Shown: piece by piece, positions 34,967 to 47,210 of the stretch
Position numbering within the stretch: position 1 is the stretch's first letter
Layout: each line of letters begins with the position of its first letter
NCBI RefSeq assembly: GCF_009914755.1
Contig: NC_060930.1
DNA: 64,000 bases
From: the human T2T-CHM13v2.0 reference genome, Homo sapiens
Strand: one strand, 5' to 3'
Position numbers and translations under genes: made by a program
Notes under the pieces: model-generated
Told to the model about the DNA's origin: nothing
The model's database searches: none
Seen by the model: the letters and a program-made list of their open reading frames with translations, nothing else

Positions 34967-35044
34967 GTTTACAGTGCTTTAATCATTCATGCCTGGAATT
35001 TTATAATCATTATTTTCCTGTCTCCCAACAACCCTATTAGGTAG

Positions 35045-35290
35045 GTAATGACAACAAGAATGTATTTATTTCCTGTTCGTCAGGCACTGGATTAAACCTT
35101 TGATATACACAATCCCAAAATATCCTCACAACAAGGCCATGAGGTAGGTATTACTGCCTCTATCAAATGTTGAAACTGAAGTTTGGAGAGGTTAATAATA
35201 ACTTGCCCACAGCTTGTGGGCTAGTGGAACCAGGACTCAAATCTACAGCTATTGACTTTATGGCCTCAGTTTTTCCCAAAGCAGCATTCT
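35045..35290 (-). mobile_element. MIR SINE
   Basis: caggcactgg…atcctcacaacaagg…aggtaggtatta…gaaactgaagttt.gagaggttaa…aacttgccca. Confidence 0.75.
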
Positions 35291-35769
35291 AGGTCTCTTG
35301 AATCTTAACTCCCATGAATGGATAAAGCCACAGGCTAGAGTTCCCATTAGATCCTAAACTCCTTAAGGGTCAGGACCCTCTATTGTTTAACTTTGTGTCC
35401 TCCACCAAGTCCAGTCCTACACCTTATGAACAATTGGTTCTGAGAAAGCAGCAAGGTATAGAAGAAAGCACAGGTGTTAAATCCAAGCGTATCTCCTTCG
35501 AATCTTGGCTTCACTACTTACCAGCTGTGTGCCCTTGGAGATAATGTGTCCAGAATTTTTATCATAAAGGGCTTGTGAGTAGGAAGCAATAAAATATGGG
35601 GGTTTGTCTCATGTTGCCTAGCAAGCAGAGAAGAGGGCTTTATGAAGACTGGTTGGGCAGCCATAGCTAACAATCTCCAAGCTATCCCCAAGTACCGTCC
35701 TGGCTGTGGGTATGGCACACAGCCTCCCTAAGCCTCTGGATAATAGCACTCACCTTGTGGGCTCAATGT

Positions 35770-35912
35770 GTCCTACAGGGCATATTCGATAACAGACTAC
35801 TGAGCCCTATTTAGTATACTGACTCTGATTCAGTGAGAATCTGCATTTCGAATTAATCACCCGGTGATGCTGATGCTACCAGTCCAGGGACCATACTTTG
35901 GAATCACTGATG
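35770..35912. mobile_element. MER5A hAT-Charlie MITE fragment
   Basis: ctgattcagt…gaatctgcatt…ccggtgatgctgatgct.ccagtccagggaccatactttgg.atcactg. Confidence 0.75.
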
Positions 35913-36206
35913 TAGAGAATAGAAGAAAGGAGGGAGAAAGTACATAGTCAAATATAATAGATTTTTGTTAATTAAATATCCTTAGAGTGGGCATGGAAAA
36001 TAATAAAGAGGAAAGCATAAAATATGAGAAGTCCTAGGACAAGCTGCTAAGACTGAGTCATGTGTAAGAGGCTCAGATATAATTTGATAAAACTGATTCA
36101 CCTATGTCCCAATGCCTCTACTGGATTGCTCTCTAGATGTCTCATTTGCAAAATGGAGATGAAAAACATGGTCTGTATCCAAAATGTGAAATGAAATTAT
36201 TGTGTA

Positions 36207-36208
<2 letters not shown>

Positions 36209-36244
<36 letters not shown>
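36209..36244. repeat. (AC)n microsatellite
   Basis: directly visible. Confidence 0.95.
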
Positions 36245-36245
<1 letters not shown>

Positions 36246-37379
36246 ATGCCTGCCGTGTGCTGTTAAACCTACTTAAATAAAAGTTGTCCCTGAAGAAGCC
36301 AGTGCGTCTGCACTTTTGAATATGAACAACACCCCGGCCAGCTCCATCTGAAGTCAATACCATCTTCTTCTCCAACAATGTTTCTACTGTTTCCTTTGGA
36401 AAGAAATCCAACTAGTTGGCCACCAGATTCCGGGTTGTGCCTGGAGCCATGTGAAAGGTTTTGCACGTTAAAAGCAAATCTGGCAAACCTAGGCTTTTTG
36501 ACAGCTTTGTGAAGTGTGAAAAAAAATCATATTTCTCTGGCACAGTTTTATGAGTTTTTGTCTTGAGCAAAAGGGAAGCTTTGCCTGTGAAAATGGAAAA
36601 AGGGTCAAGGAAATGACCGCAGATTAGTGATCCAATTTGAGATCCAGTGAATTCTGAAACTGGAAAATTTCACCAAAATTCTCAGGTTTTCTGTGCAACT
36701 GCAGAGGAGCTTTTTTTTTTGTGCCAGGGACACCAACTCTGACTCTGCTCCATCACCTGCAACTGACAGGGCCAAGAGTGCTTAATTACAGGGATCTACA
36801 CAAAAGGCTGCTGAAAAGAGTAGCTGATCATGACTAATTACTACACAGGGCATGGTATTTGCAAGGATTCTTCCAGAAGGCACCATGTTTGTGTGAAAAG
36901 ATTATTTGGCTAGACTGGAAACATAAACTAAGGGCCTAGTAGAGGCTCATGAGAAAGAAACCCTATCTACAAATTTGCTGTAGTGAAGCTAACAAGAGGA
37001 TGAAAAGACAGAAAATCTAGCCATAGAGGAATCTGGTCTCCTTCTGTCATTTCAACAGGTCATTTACCACATAGCTAACCAAGCACGAGCCTCACTCAAG
37101 GCTCCTATTTAAACAGCCCTTGGAGAGGGGCCTGAGCAATGTTCACGTGGTCATGTGTTTTTTAATTTGTCAGCACTTTACAATTTTAAAATGCATTGTG
37201 ATTTCTTTTCTTATTCTGTAAATATTTTCTTTCCTACCTATTTTTTTTTCTTGAGGAGAAGGCTCAAAAATTGTATAAGCTTCAGGCCTCTCAAAACCTA
37301 AATCTTTTCCATCACTTACAAAGTTCACTGAGTTAGAAAATAAGGAGACTTAGAAAATAATATTTCCCAGACAAGGTGA

Positions 37380-37880
37380 CTATATTAGTTTTCTAAAGCT
37401 GCCATAACAAAATACCACAGATTGGGTCACTTAAACAACAGATATTTAGTTCTCCAAGCTCTGAAAGCTAGAAGTTCAAGAGCAAGGTGTCAGCAGGATT
37501 GGTTTCTTCTGAGTTCTGTCTCCTTGCCTTGCAGATGGCTGCCTTCTTGCTGTGTCCTCACATGGTCTTTCCTCTGCCCGTGTGCAGCACTGTGTCCTAA
37601 TCTCCCCTTCTTATAAGCACGCCTGTCATTTTGAATTAGGGCCCACCATATGAGTTCATTTTACCTGAATTACTTCTTTGAAGACCCTATCTCCAAATAG
37701 AGTAACATTCTGAGGTACTGGGGGTTAGGAGTTCAACATATGAAATTTAGGGGGACACAGTTCATTCCATAACATTTCTCCCTGTGGCCCACCAAGAATG
37801 ATACAGTTCTTACTGCATTCACCCCATCCCAACAGCCCAGAAGTCTTAGCCCATTCCAGTATCAACTCTAAGTATCTTAA
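37380..37880 (-). mobile_element. MLT1A/B-like LTR (37380-37774) with adjoining MLT1 internal fragment
   Basis: tattagtttt…gctgccataacaaaataccacaga.tggg…ttaaacaacag…gaccctatctccaaat…gggggacacagttca.tccataaca, then cattcaccccatcccaacagccc. Confidence 0.85.
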
Positions 37881-38536
37881 TATCATCCATATTATCACTA
37901 TCACTTCAGTTTTGCTGTTGGGACACTAAAACTTTGGGAAAAGGCTTTTTTTTTCCTCCCAGCATCCAGAAACCCAAGCCCAGAGCTGCCGTTAGTTGGT
38001 GGCATAACAGGAAGAAGTGGGCTCAGGTACTGTTGGCAGTTAAAAGAACAACTTACTGTTGAATAGTTCAACTCAACATTTGAAGTTTACACAATTATAT
38101 TTTCCTCTAAGAATTTAATTGGCCTGGTTTATGACTCTATGCCAGCCCCAGAGGGCTGATTTCACAAGCTGGGTCATTACTTAGTCCCTACCCTACATCA
38201 GCAGGAATCTCAGACATGCCACTTCATTTTCCACCAGAGGGTCTCCACATGCCCAAGAACCCTGAGGGTCCTTCATGTTTATCCAGCTTAGCCTCTACCT
38301 CCAACATCGCTGCTTTTAATGTCCAACACCCCAAACCCACAAAACTACCCCAAAAGATCAAGGAAACCAAAAGAGAGTTATTGGCAAGGCAGTTAAAATG
38401 GCAAATCTCACTTTGTGTTGGCTAGATGGGTCACCAAAAAAGTGAGGACTCTGATCATTCCATATTTCTGTATTTTATCTCCCATTTCTTACCACTTCAC
38501 CTTAGAGATGGGATGTTTGTGTGTCTGTGTTTCTCA

Positions 38537-38585
38537 ATCTCTCTCTCTCTCTCTCCCCCTGTGTGTGTGTGTGTGTGTGTGTGTG
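38537..38585. repeat. (TC)n/(TG)n microsatellite
   Basis: directly visible; another (CA)n at ~38739-38764. Confidence 0.9.
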
Positions 38586-38929
38586 GTGGCAGCAAGTAGA
38601 TATGATAAGAGCAAAGAAAATTGTGGGAATAGAATAGAGGCAGAAACATAAGATCAAACTCTAGGATTTCCAGGTGACAATGAAGGCTATTTTACCATAT
38701 AGACCACACATCACATATATACCTCATACACATTTTTCCACACACACACACACACACACACACAGCACACTGTAAGGCAAAACAAAACAAAAACAAAAAT
38801 CAAAACTTTAAATGTCATAGGTCCACTATAATTAATGAATCCTAAAAAATATGCCTGCACAAAACTGTAACCCATGCTTGTTGTTAGCTTATTTTTCTTT
38901 TTTGTTTACATAGTGGGTACCAGGGTCTT

Positions 38930-39300
38930 GTTAGTTTGTTCACTCATTCAACAAACATATATTGAGCAATAATCACGTACCAAGAACACTGCTAAGTTCT
39001 AAGGATTTAAAGATCAATAAAACACAGCCCATAATAATGTAATGCAGAAAAACATGTACTTTCATAGGTCGTTTTTGTATATGCAGCTCAGAGTGGGTAC
39101 AGAGAGGAAGAGAGTGCTGCCTGGCATAGGGGAATCAGGAAAATGGGGTGACCCTCAAGCTGAGTGGTGAAGATGAGTTCCAGGGAGAATAGCCAAGGGG
39201 ACTGTCTTAAATGCAGGGAGGTTGTGTACAAAGATGCCATGTCATAAAAGGGAAGTTAGAAAACGAAAGGGTCAGGTTTGTAGACTGAAAGTTGAATACA
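38930..39300 (-). mobile_element. L2 LINE 3' fragment
   Basis: cactcattcaacaaacatatattgagca…ccaagaacactgctaag. Confidence 0.65.
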
Positions 39301-40454
39301 ACCTACAGAAGAAAAGTGGACTCTTCTAGAATTTGGGAGAACTTTTTGGTATAGGCTTTCCTTTTCATTTTTTTTTTTTTTATCTTTTTAAAGAGGTTGA
39401 AAAGCCTTGGAGCTGATATAAATATGGTTTGCCCTAAAAATAAGATTAGTAACCACAGACTGCTTGGGGACTATTTCTGACAGAAATGAATTTGAAAGGA
39501 AATTCTTCTAGAAAAGTTTCCTTTTTAGATGTGGTTTATTTCAGAAACTAGAGGTGAATACATTTGAATGTAGGTGTTTGTGTTTGTGTGTTTATGATTT
39601 TTGTGTTGTGTGTTTATGGTTTTTTAAAACTTTTATATCACTGATACCAACTGTGCTCGCCAGTTAGATAAGAAAAGATAATCTCTTATTTTATCTAGGT
39701 AGTGTAATAGCACAGTATAGTTCCTAAACTATAGACTTTGAGGAGGCACTAGGCCACCCAAGAAGATAGAGTATCAAGGAAATTTTGAGGGTTCCCCTTA
39801 ACATCAGCACCCATTTTTAGTATCCTTTATCTAACATCACTCCAATAGAAGAGCTCTGGGTAGCCAGTATGATGAGGAATCTAGATTTTGTGGTGTGGGC
39901 TGAAAAGATGTCCATAAGGCCACCCAATGCCAAGTGCATGGAATAGCTGTGACTTCATAAATGTGTTGAATGAAGAATCAATTCCAGGTAACTATAAATT
40001 TTTTTTACACAGAAACTGATTTCTCTAATGTAATTTTCTTGACAGTAAGTTAATTTCAAGGGCTGACTTTCTCTAGAAAGGGTCTTTATAACCAAATATG
40101 CCCATTGACATTTTGAATTGATAAAGAGTTCGGGGATAAAACTTAGAATAATTTTTGAGGGTCCTTCTCATGACATTAGGCCCAATATCCTTGCATTCAG
40201 GATTGGATTTTCATTTGGGCCCACCCAACACAGGTATTTGAGGCAGTCTTCTTCTCCTCTCCTACATAGATCATGTCAACTCTGTCTTCATGCCTTTGAT
40301 TGAAAGAGCCCCTCCCCTGGAATGCCCTCCTGGCCCCTTTCTGAATATCTGAAGCCTGCCCATTGCTACAGGCCTTGCTCAGCTCCAGCTGCTGTGATAT
40401 ACCTGCTTGCCTTCCCAGCACTGGCACCCAGATGTACTTCCTCCTGCCTGCAAA

Positions 40455-41465
40455 CTTCTTTTTTTTTTAATTATTATTATACTTTAAGTTCTAGAGTACA
40501 CGTGCACAATGTGCAGGCTCATTACATAGGTATACATGTGCCATGCTGGCCCGCTGCACCCATCAACTCATTTGCATTACGTATTTCTCCCAGTGCTATC
40601 CCTCCCCCCGCCCTCCACCCAACGACAGGCCCCAGTGTGTGATGTTCCCCACCCTGTGTCCAAGTGTTCTCATTGTTCAATTCCCACCTATGAGTGAGAA
40701 TATGCAGTGTTTGGTTTTCTGTCCTTGTGATAGTTTGCTCAGAATGATGGTTTCCAGCTTCATCCATGTCCCTGCAAAGGACATGAACTCATCCTTTTTT
40801 ATGGCTGCATAGTAGTCCATGGTGTATATGTGCCACATTTTCCTAATCCAGTCTATCATTGATGGACATTTGGGTTGGTTCCAAGTCTTTGCTATTGTGA
40901 ATAGTGCTGCAATAAACATATGTGTGCATGTGTCTTTATAGTAGCATGATTTATAATTATTTGGGTATATACCTAATAATGGGATCACTGGGTCAAATGG
41001 TATTTCTAGCTCTAGATCCTTGAGGAATCACCACACTGTCTTCCACAATGGTTGAACTAGTTTACAGTCCCACCAACAGTGTAAAAGTATTCCTATTTCT
41101 CCACATCCTCTCCAGCATCTGTTGTTTCCTTTTTAATGATCGCCATTCTAACTGGTGTGAGATGGTATCTCATTGTGGTTTTGGTTTGCATTTCTCTGAT
41201 GAAGAGTGATGACGAGCATTTTTTCATGTGTCTGTTGGCTGCATAAATGTCTTCTTTTGAGAAGTATCTGTTCATATCTTTGCCCACTTTTTGAAGGGGT
41301 TGTTTGTTTTTTTTCTCGTAAATTTGTTTAAGTTCTTTGTAGATTCTGGATATTAGCCCTTTGTCAGATTGGTAGATTGCAAAAATTTTCTCCCATTCTG
41401 TAGGTTTCCTGTTCATTCTGAGGGTAGTTTCTTTTGCTGTGCAGAAGCTCTTTAGTTTAATTAGA
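40455..41465 (-). mobile_element. 5'-truncated L1PA (~1 kb 3' end)
   Basis: poly-T + ttattattatactttaagttctag…; ORF2 C-terminal translation; short imperfect TSD a(a/g)cttctt. Confidence 0.93.
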
Positions 41466-42373
41466 AGCTTCTTGATGGCTGTACCAATCTTCATACTGGA
41501 GTCTGGATGCTCCTGAACATGAAAAAAAAACTTTCTAAAGGATATACAGCTAAGGATATCTTTAATGAAACCAATTTTCAGATTCCCAGTTTCCAGGTAT
41601 ACTCCTTTGTAACACTGATCTGCATGAGAACTCACCTAGAAAAAGGTGTTCCTTTAACAACCAACTTTCTTCCCATTTACAGAAGAAAGGCACACCTCTT
41701 ACCCAACCAAAATCTTACAAAACTGTAAAAATTTCCACAGTGCCAAGCAAACAAAAACATTCAAAATACTGGCATAAATGTTAAAAAATATGCCTGCATG
41801 GTTGTAATGACTGACTTTTTTCAAGTCAGGTGGCTTTCAAGTTTTTGCTTTTAATAAAATTGAGGACCTAATTGAGTTTAGATTATTAAAACTTTTAAAT
41901 AATAGGTCATCATATGACATATATATCCCTAAAGGAATTATAAACCTGGGCCATATTGTTTCTACAGACTCTTGTCCATCTTATGATTTATGCAGAAGGG
42001 GTTTCTTGGTGCTTAAATGTATAAAAACAAAAGAATTGGAACAAAATTGATGTTGAGTTTTGCCTCGATTTGGGAATTAGTAATGGAAAAGAAACAATTA
42101 AATGAAGAAAGAAACAGTTCCATGCGTCTCATTAATTTATACATGTCCAGTAAGTGTTTTAATTTTTATATCTAATTATTCATAAAAATTTGGTGTATAT
42201 GTATGTTGCTTTTTATCAGTTGAGTGCTCATTATAACAATCCAATATCAAATAAATGTTTTAATATTTATAGCCTTATGTCTTAGGCTATAAAAATATTT
42301 AAATTTAAAATTATATATACATTTTTGTTGAAGAGAGTTATGGGACCGTCAATAAAAGATTAAAAAAAAAACT

Positions 42374-42812
<439 letters not shown>

Positions 42813-45299
42813 TCATTGTAACTGTGAAACTGTTTTTAAATAAATTTTTATATAAATGCATATGTTGTGTATCATTCCAATTTAGCTTCAAGGCATATTC
42901 ATTATCGTAAAAATACCCTTGAGCACATTTGCAATCTGTTTGTGTATTTTTTAAATAGATGATGAGTATCAAATAACTATAATATTTAGACTTTATTGAA
43001 TATGTTTAAGAGTGAAAATGCTGATATTTACAATGCATTGGAGATTACACCCTATTTATCTATGTAAAGCTATAATAAAAATATTAGATGTTCACTTAAG
43101 AACATGGAAGTTGGGGTTTAAGTTAATTAAAAAATAGGGGTTACCCAGGGAAAATTTGAAAGCCAGTAGCCTACACCATCTCACTGACCACTTAATTATA
43201 TAATAGTCTACTCTGTAATTTTCTATTTCTATTTTATAAGATAGATAAATTCTGTACTTGGTTGACTGGCTGATTGAAGTTGTTACTGTAGACCTGACTT
43301 TGATCCAAACTAGAGGGGTTCAAAATACATTTTTCATTTAAAAATATGCAGCATTTAAATGATATTTCATTTAAAATTATCACAGAGAGAAAGAGGAATA
43401 AAATATTTTTTCCTATTTTGAAACAGGATTAATTTTCCAAATCAGAAGACAATGTCATTAAATTCTTGAATGACAACTAATGTCCTGTTTATTTTCTGGT
43501 TGTTTAGTAATATTTCTGTCGCCTTTGGTCTCTTGGAATTCTCTTGGCCTTAGATAAAAATTGGACTTTCTTTTTATTGTTCCTTTATTTTTATTGGATA
43601 AAACTCTTAGGCTTTATTGTCACTAAGTAAACAACATACATCTAGTGTTTTTCTTTGATATAAAAAAAGACTCTAAATCTCACTTTTAAATGAAGTTCTA
43701 TCTAAACTTTATACAGTATATCTACACACATTCACATGGATATATATGTGTCTAAAAACAAATTTTAAATGATCATTTTTGATTCCATCTTCACATATAA
43801 CTTTCTCTGAGGGCATGAAAGAATACAATATAGTTCTTAAAATCAGAAATAAAACTGGCTTTTACTGCATAAAAATAAAAGGTGGGTTTGCTTTATTTCT
43901 CATTGACTTACCTACTCCATATTCTTTAAAAAAAATAGAAAAGTCTTTCGATTACTAAAGAGATTAAAGAGTAAGGATCTACGTCAGCATGATAAAGATT
44001 TCTAAGTGTGATTAAGGTTCCAATCTCATGACATGTGGAATAACCTATGTAATTATATTCCCTTTAGAGCTACAGAAAAGTCCAAGTGACTGTAATACAT
44101 GCTAACTTAATCTTAGCCACAGAAAATGTGTTTCTAATTTTCAAATTCGGCAATTTTTCAATAAAAGTTGTTGTACTTCGTCTGATCTATTCTCAAAATA
44201 CGGAAGTGCTTGAAGCCCGACCACCTGCAATAACAGATTACTGCTCTCTAAAATATTACCATACACCTACAATGTGGAGGCGCAAAGCTTTGCTAAAAAA
44301 GATCTTTGTTGTTTTTTCTAAAAGAAAGAAGTGATCCCAAAGTAAAGCTGGTTTTCAGCAGCCTCTCTGCTCCCAAATGCGACCGGCATCAAAGTCTAAT
44401 GAAAACCTGTTTGCGGACACTGGATCCAATCCAAGGTACACCATTGGCATATTCTAGACCCCTTGGGACATGACTCATATAAAAAACACAGGGCTGTCAT
44501 CGGATGGCTGGTGGCTCAAATAAATCAAATTTACTTTGAAAACTGAGGCATACCAAAATTTTATTAGGTGAAACTTTGGCATTTCTTATAGCCAACTTGC
44601 ACATATATATTTTTATTACTTACAGCAGTTAAAAGGTATGCTACCAATCATATGCAAAACAAGAAAAGATTGCAGAGTACATTTTTTTACTGGGTGGTGG
44701 TAGAACTACTTTTTATTTTTTATTTTTTACCTTTAAAGGAACTCCAAATAGTTAGTTAGTAATAGGTGGTGCCAAAGAATGCAGCCCAGTGTTTGCATAA
44801 TTCACAAACCCTCTGGTGCAAACTTCTCCATTGCAGACTCCATTTAGCAGATCCCATCACTAATCTTAAAGAATGACTTTTACCCGAAAGTGATTTCTTG
44901 CTCACTAAAACTATCAACTGCACCACACTTCTTAGGATGATGACAGGTAGTGTTTATAATGTGCATTTATGAGAAACAGACATGAACATACTCAAGTTCT
45001 AGATGATCTAAAAAGAATTAAACTTTAAGCTTCAAAGGTCTACTACTTCTTATGCACTAACTCATACATTAAGTCAGTTTCAAATTCTGGTATAGGAACA
45101 TTTCATTTTCTCTTCATTTAAATATTAGAACATTCTTTATAAGTCTAATATATATTTATCTTTTAAATATGCTAATTGATCATCAAAGGCATACCAGAAA
45201 ACAGGCGTTTACCCAAATAATAGTATACTTACAAGTCAATACTTACTTTTAAGGTCACATTTCTCACATTTTAAAAGTGATAGCAGCTAATTTTCCTTA

Positions 45300-45922
45300 T
45301 TTGGCAACTGCTTCAAGATTTTAATGTGGCAACACACGTACTATTGTGTACATGTTCAAATACACACACAGGTACACATTTTACCATGTAGTACATAGAT
45401 TTCAACTGGCAAGCTTAGACCAGAACCTCTTAAAAGATTTACATGCACCTAAAATGTTTACTTTTTAAATATTGAGTTTTGTATAGAATTCATAAAGCTT
45501 ATTGTTTTAAAATTATAAAATTGTGGCATGTTGTGTACAGTTATAAATACATTCAAAAGATATATATTCTATTAAAAATGCATTGTGCATTTCTAAAAGA
45601 GTTTCCAGAAATATTTTAAAATCCATTCTTTCATAGCTTCTTTGATTATTTAATATTGTTCCATGAATGAACAATAGCCCTTTTGCCATACAGCTCACTC
45701 GGCAAGCAGTAACAGATATCACAAGGAAAACCAACTTCATGCTAGGCTGTGTTTTCAGTGACTGAGCACAAGCTAGGTCAACGAAAACCAAATCAACTAT
45801 TTTGACTGAATTTACCCATGACTTGAGAAAATCGGTTACTTTGAATACGGATTTGACTGAACAGAAATCATTTCATTTGAAATGGCTCAGTGATTTTCAC
45901 AGAGATGTAGCTTCAATAAAAT
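45300..45922 (-). other. candidate terminal exon (short coding end + 3'UTR) of an unidentified minus-strand gene; UTR may extend to ~42700
   Basis: acceptor gtttttcctttctcacag|ATTTTATTG at 45923/45922; all three frames stop within 36 nt (xFIEATSL*, FY*, ILLKLHLCENH*); AU/UGUA-rich repeat-free downstream; ATTAAA at 45325-45320. Confidence 0.5.
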
Positions 45923-45984
45923 CTGTGAGAAAGGAAAAACAGTGATTTGGCCACAGAATACAAGGGAAGAAACACATCTGTAAT

Positions 45985-46110
45985 CAATGAACAAGTAATT
46001 GTTCAAGGCTTATTACCTGCTGAGCATTGTGCTAGAACTATGAAGAATAGAAAAGAAATATAAAAAAGTATTCCTGTCCTTGAATTGCTTACAATCAGGC
46101 TGAGAATTTA
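45985..46110 (-). mobile_element. L2 3' fragment
   Basis: caatgaacaag…gcattgtgctagaac…ttcctgtccttgaattgcttacaatc. Confidence 0.55.
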
Positions 46111-46409
46111 TAAATGATTACAGGAATTATCTACGAGCAAGACAAGATAGTAAGTTGATCCATGCCATATAGTGTAGTAACACACACATTTTATGAAAAT
46201 GGGCTTAGTTTGGTGTTTTAGAAGGGCAGGATTCTGATAGTGAGAGAAGACAGGAGCGGCTGAGACCAACCATGCAGAATTTGGTCTCACCCGTGTCTAC
46301 CTAAGTTTGTTCCTGTTTCTTCCTCAACTCGAATAGTCTTTGTACCCTGAACAGATTACTATTAATAACTTCAACCTCATAATTTATTTTTTAAATTTTG
46401 TTTTTAGAA

Positions 46410-47210
46410 AGCCACCATAAATAAAATCAAAGGCAAACTGTGAACTTGGAAAAAGCTTTTCCGTATCTCTGATAAAGGGTTGATATCTTAACAGCAATTA
46501 CCAATCAGTGAGGTCAGACATGTACAGCACTAGAAAAAAATAAGTGAGTGTAAGACCACCAATAGGCCACTGACAAAAAAGTCTGGTTGGCCAGTTATAA
46601 CATAATAAATCATTTAACTTCATTGATAAGTATAGCCATGAAAATTAAAACCATTAAGAAATGTAATTTTCACCAAGCAAACTGCTGACATTTTGAAGAT
46701 ATCAAAGACTGGGAGAAACAGGGACATTTGGTCACAGATAATGGGAAGAGAAATGGATTTAACAATTTTGGAAGGCACACTGGCACTATGTATTAAAAAC
46801 CACAACATACGTAATAAACTTTGACCAAGAAATTGCATTACTAGGACATTTTAAGGGACTCATTATGAATATGCTCAAAGGCTTAATAGATGAGGATGTT
46901 CATGGCACTGTTCTAAGATTTTTAAAATTTGGAAATGACATAAAGGTCCAATAACAGACGACTTTTTTCATAAAGTTTAAAATTTGAGAAATAATATTTA
47001 GTGATATGAAAATATTTCCTATATACGAATATACAGAATGGTTCATAAAATATGGAATGCATTTCAAATTTTAGAAGGAATGTACAGAAAAACACTGGAA
47101 AGAGATACATTAATATGTTACCAGTGAAATCACGGTTTTCTAGGCAATGGGAATACAAGTTGCTTTTCTTTGTCTTTTTTTAATTTATAAAAATACACGT
47201 TATTTTTATT
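46410..47210 (+). mobile_element. ancient L1ME-like 3' end
   Basis: ataaagggttgatatc…ttttggaaggc…ctttgaccaagaaattgcattactagga…gaggatgttcat.gcactgtt. Confidence 0.65.

Noticed and set aside
41093-41635. 180-aa ORF as a chimeric gene
   Set aside because: Chance read-through from unique flank into L1 ORF2; no splice or promoter support.
45497-45504. Apparent poly(A) signal for the candidate terminal exon
   Set aside because: Reads AATAAG on the minus strand, not AATAAA.
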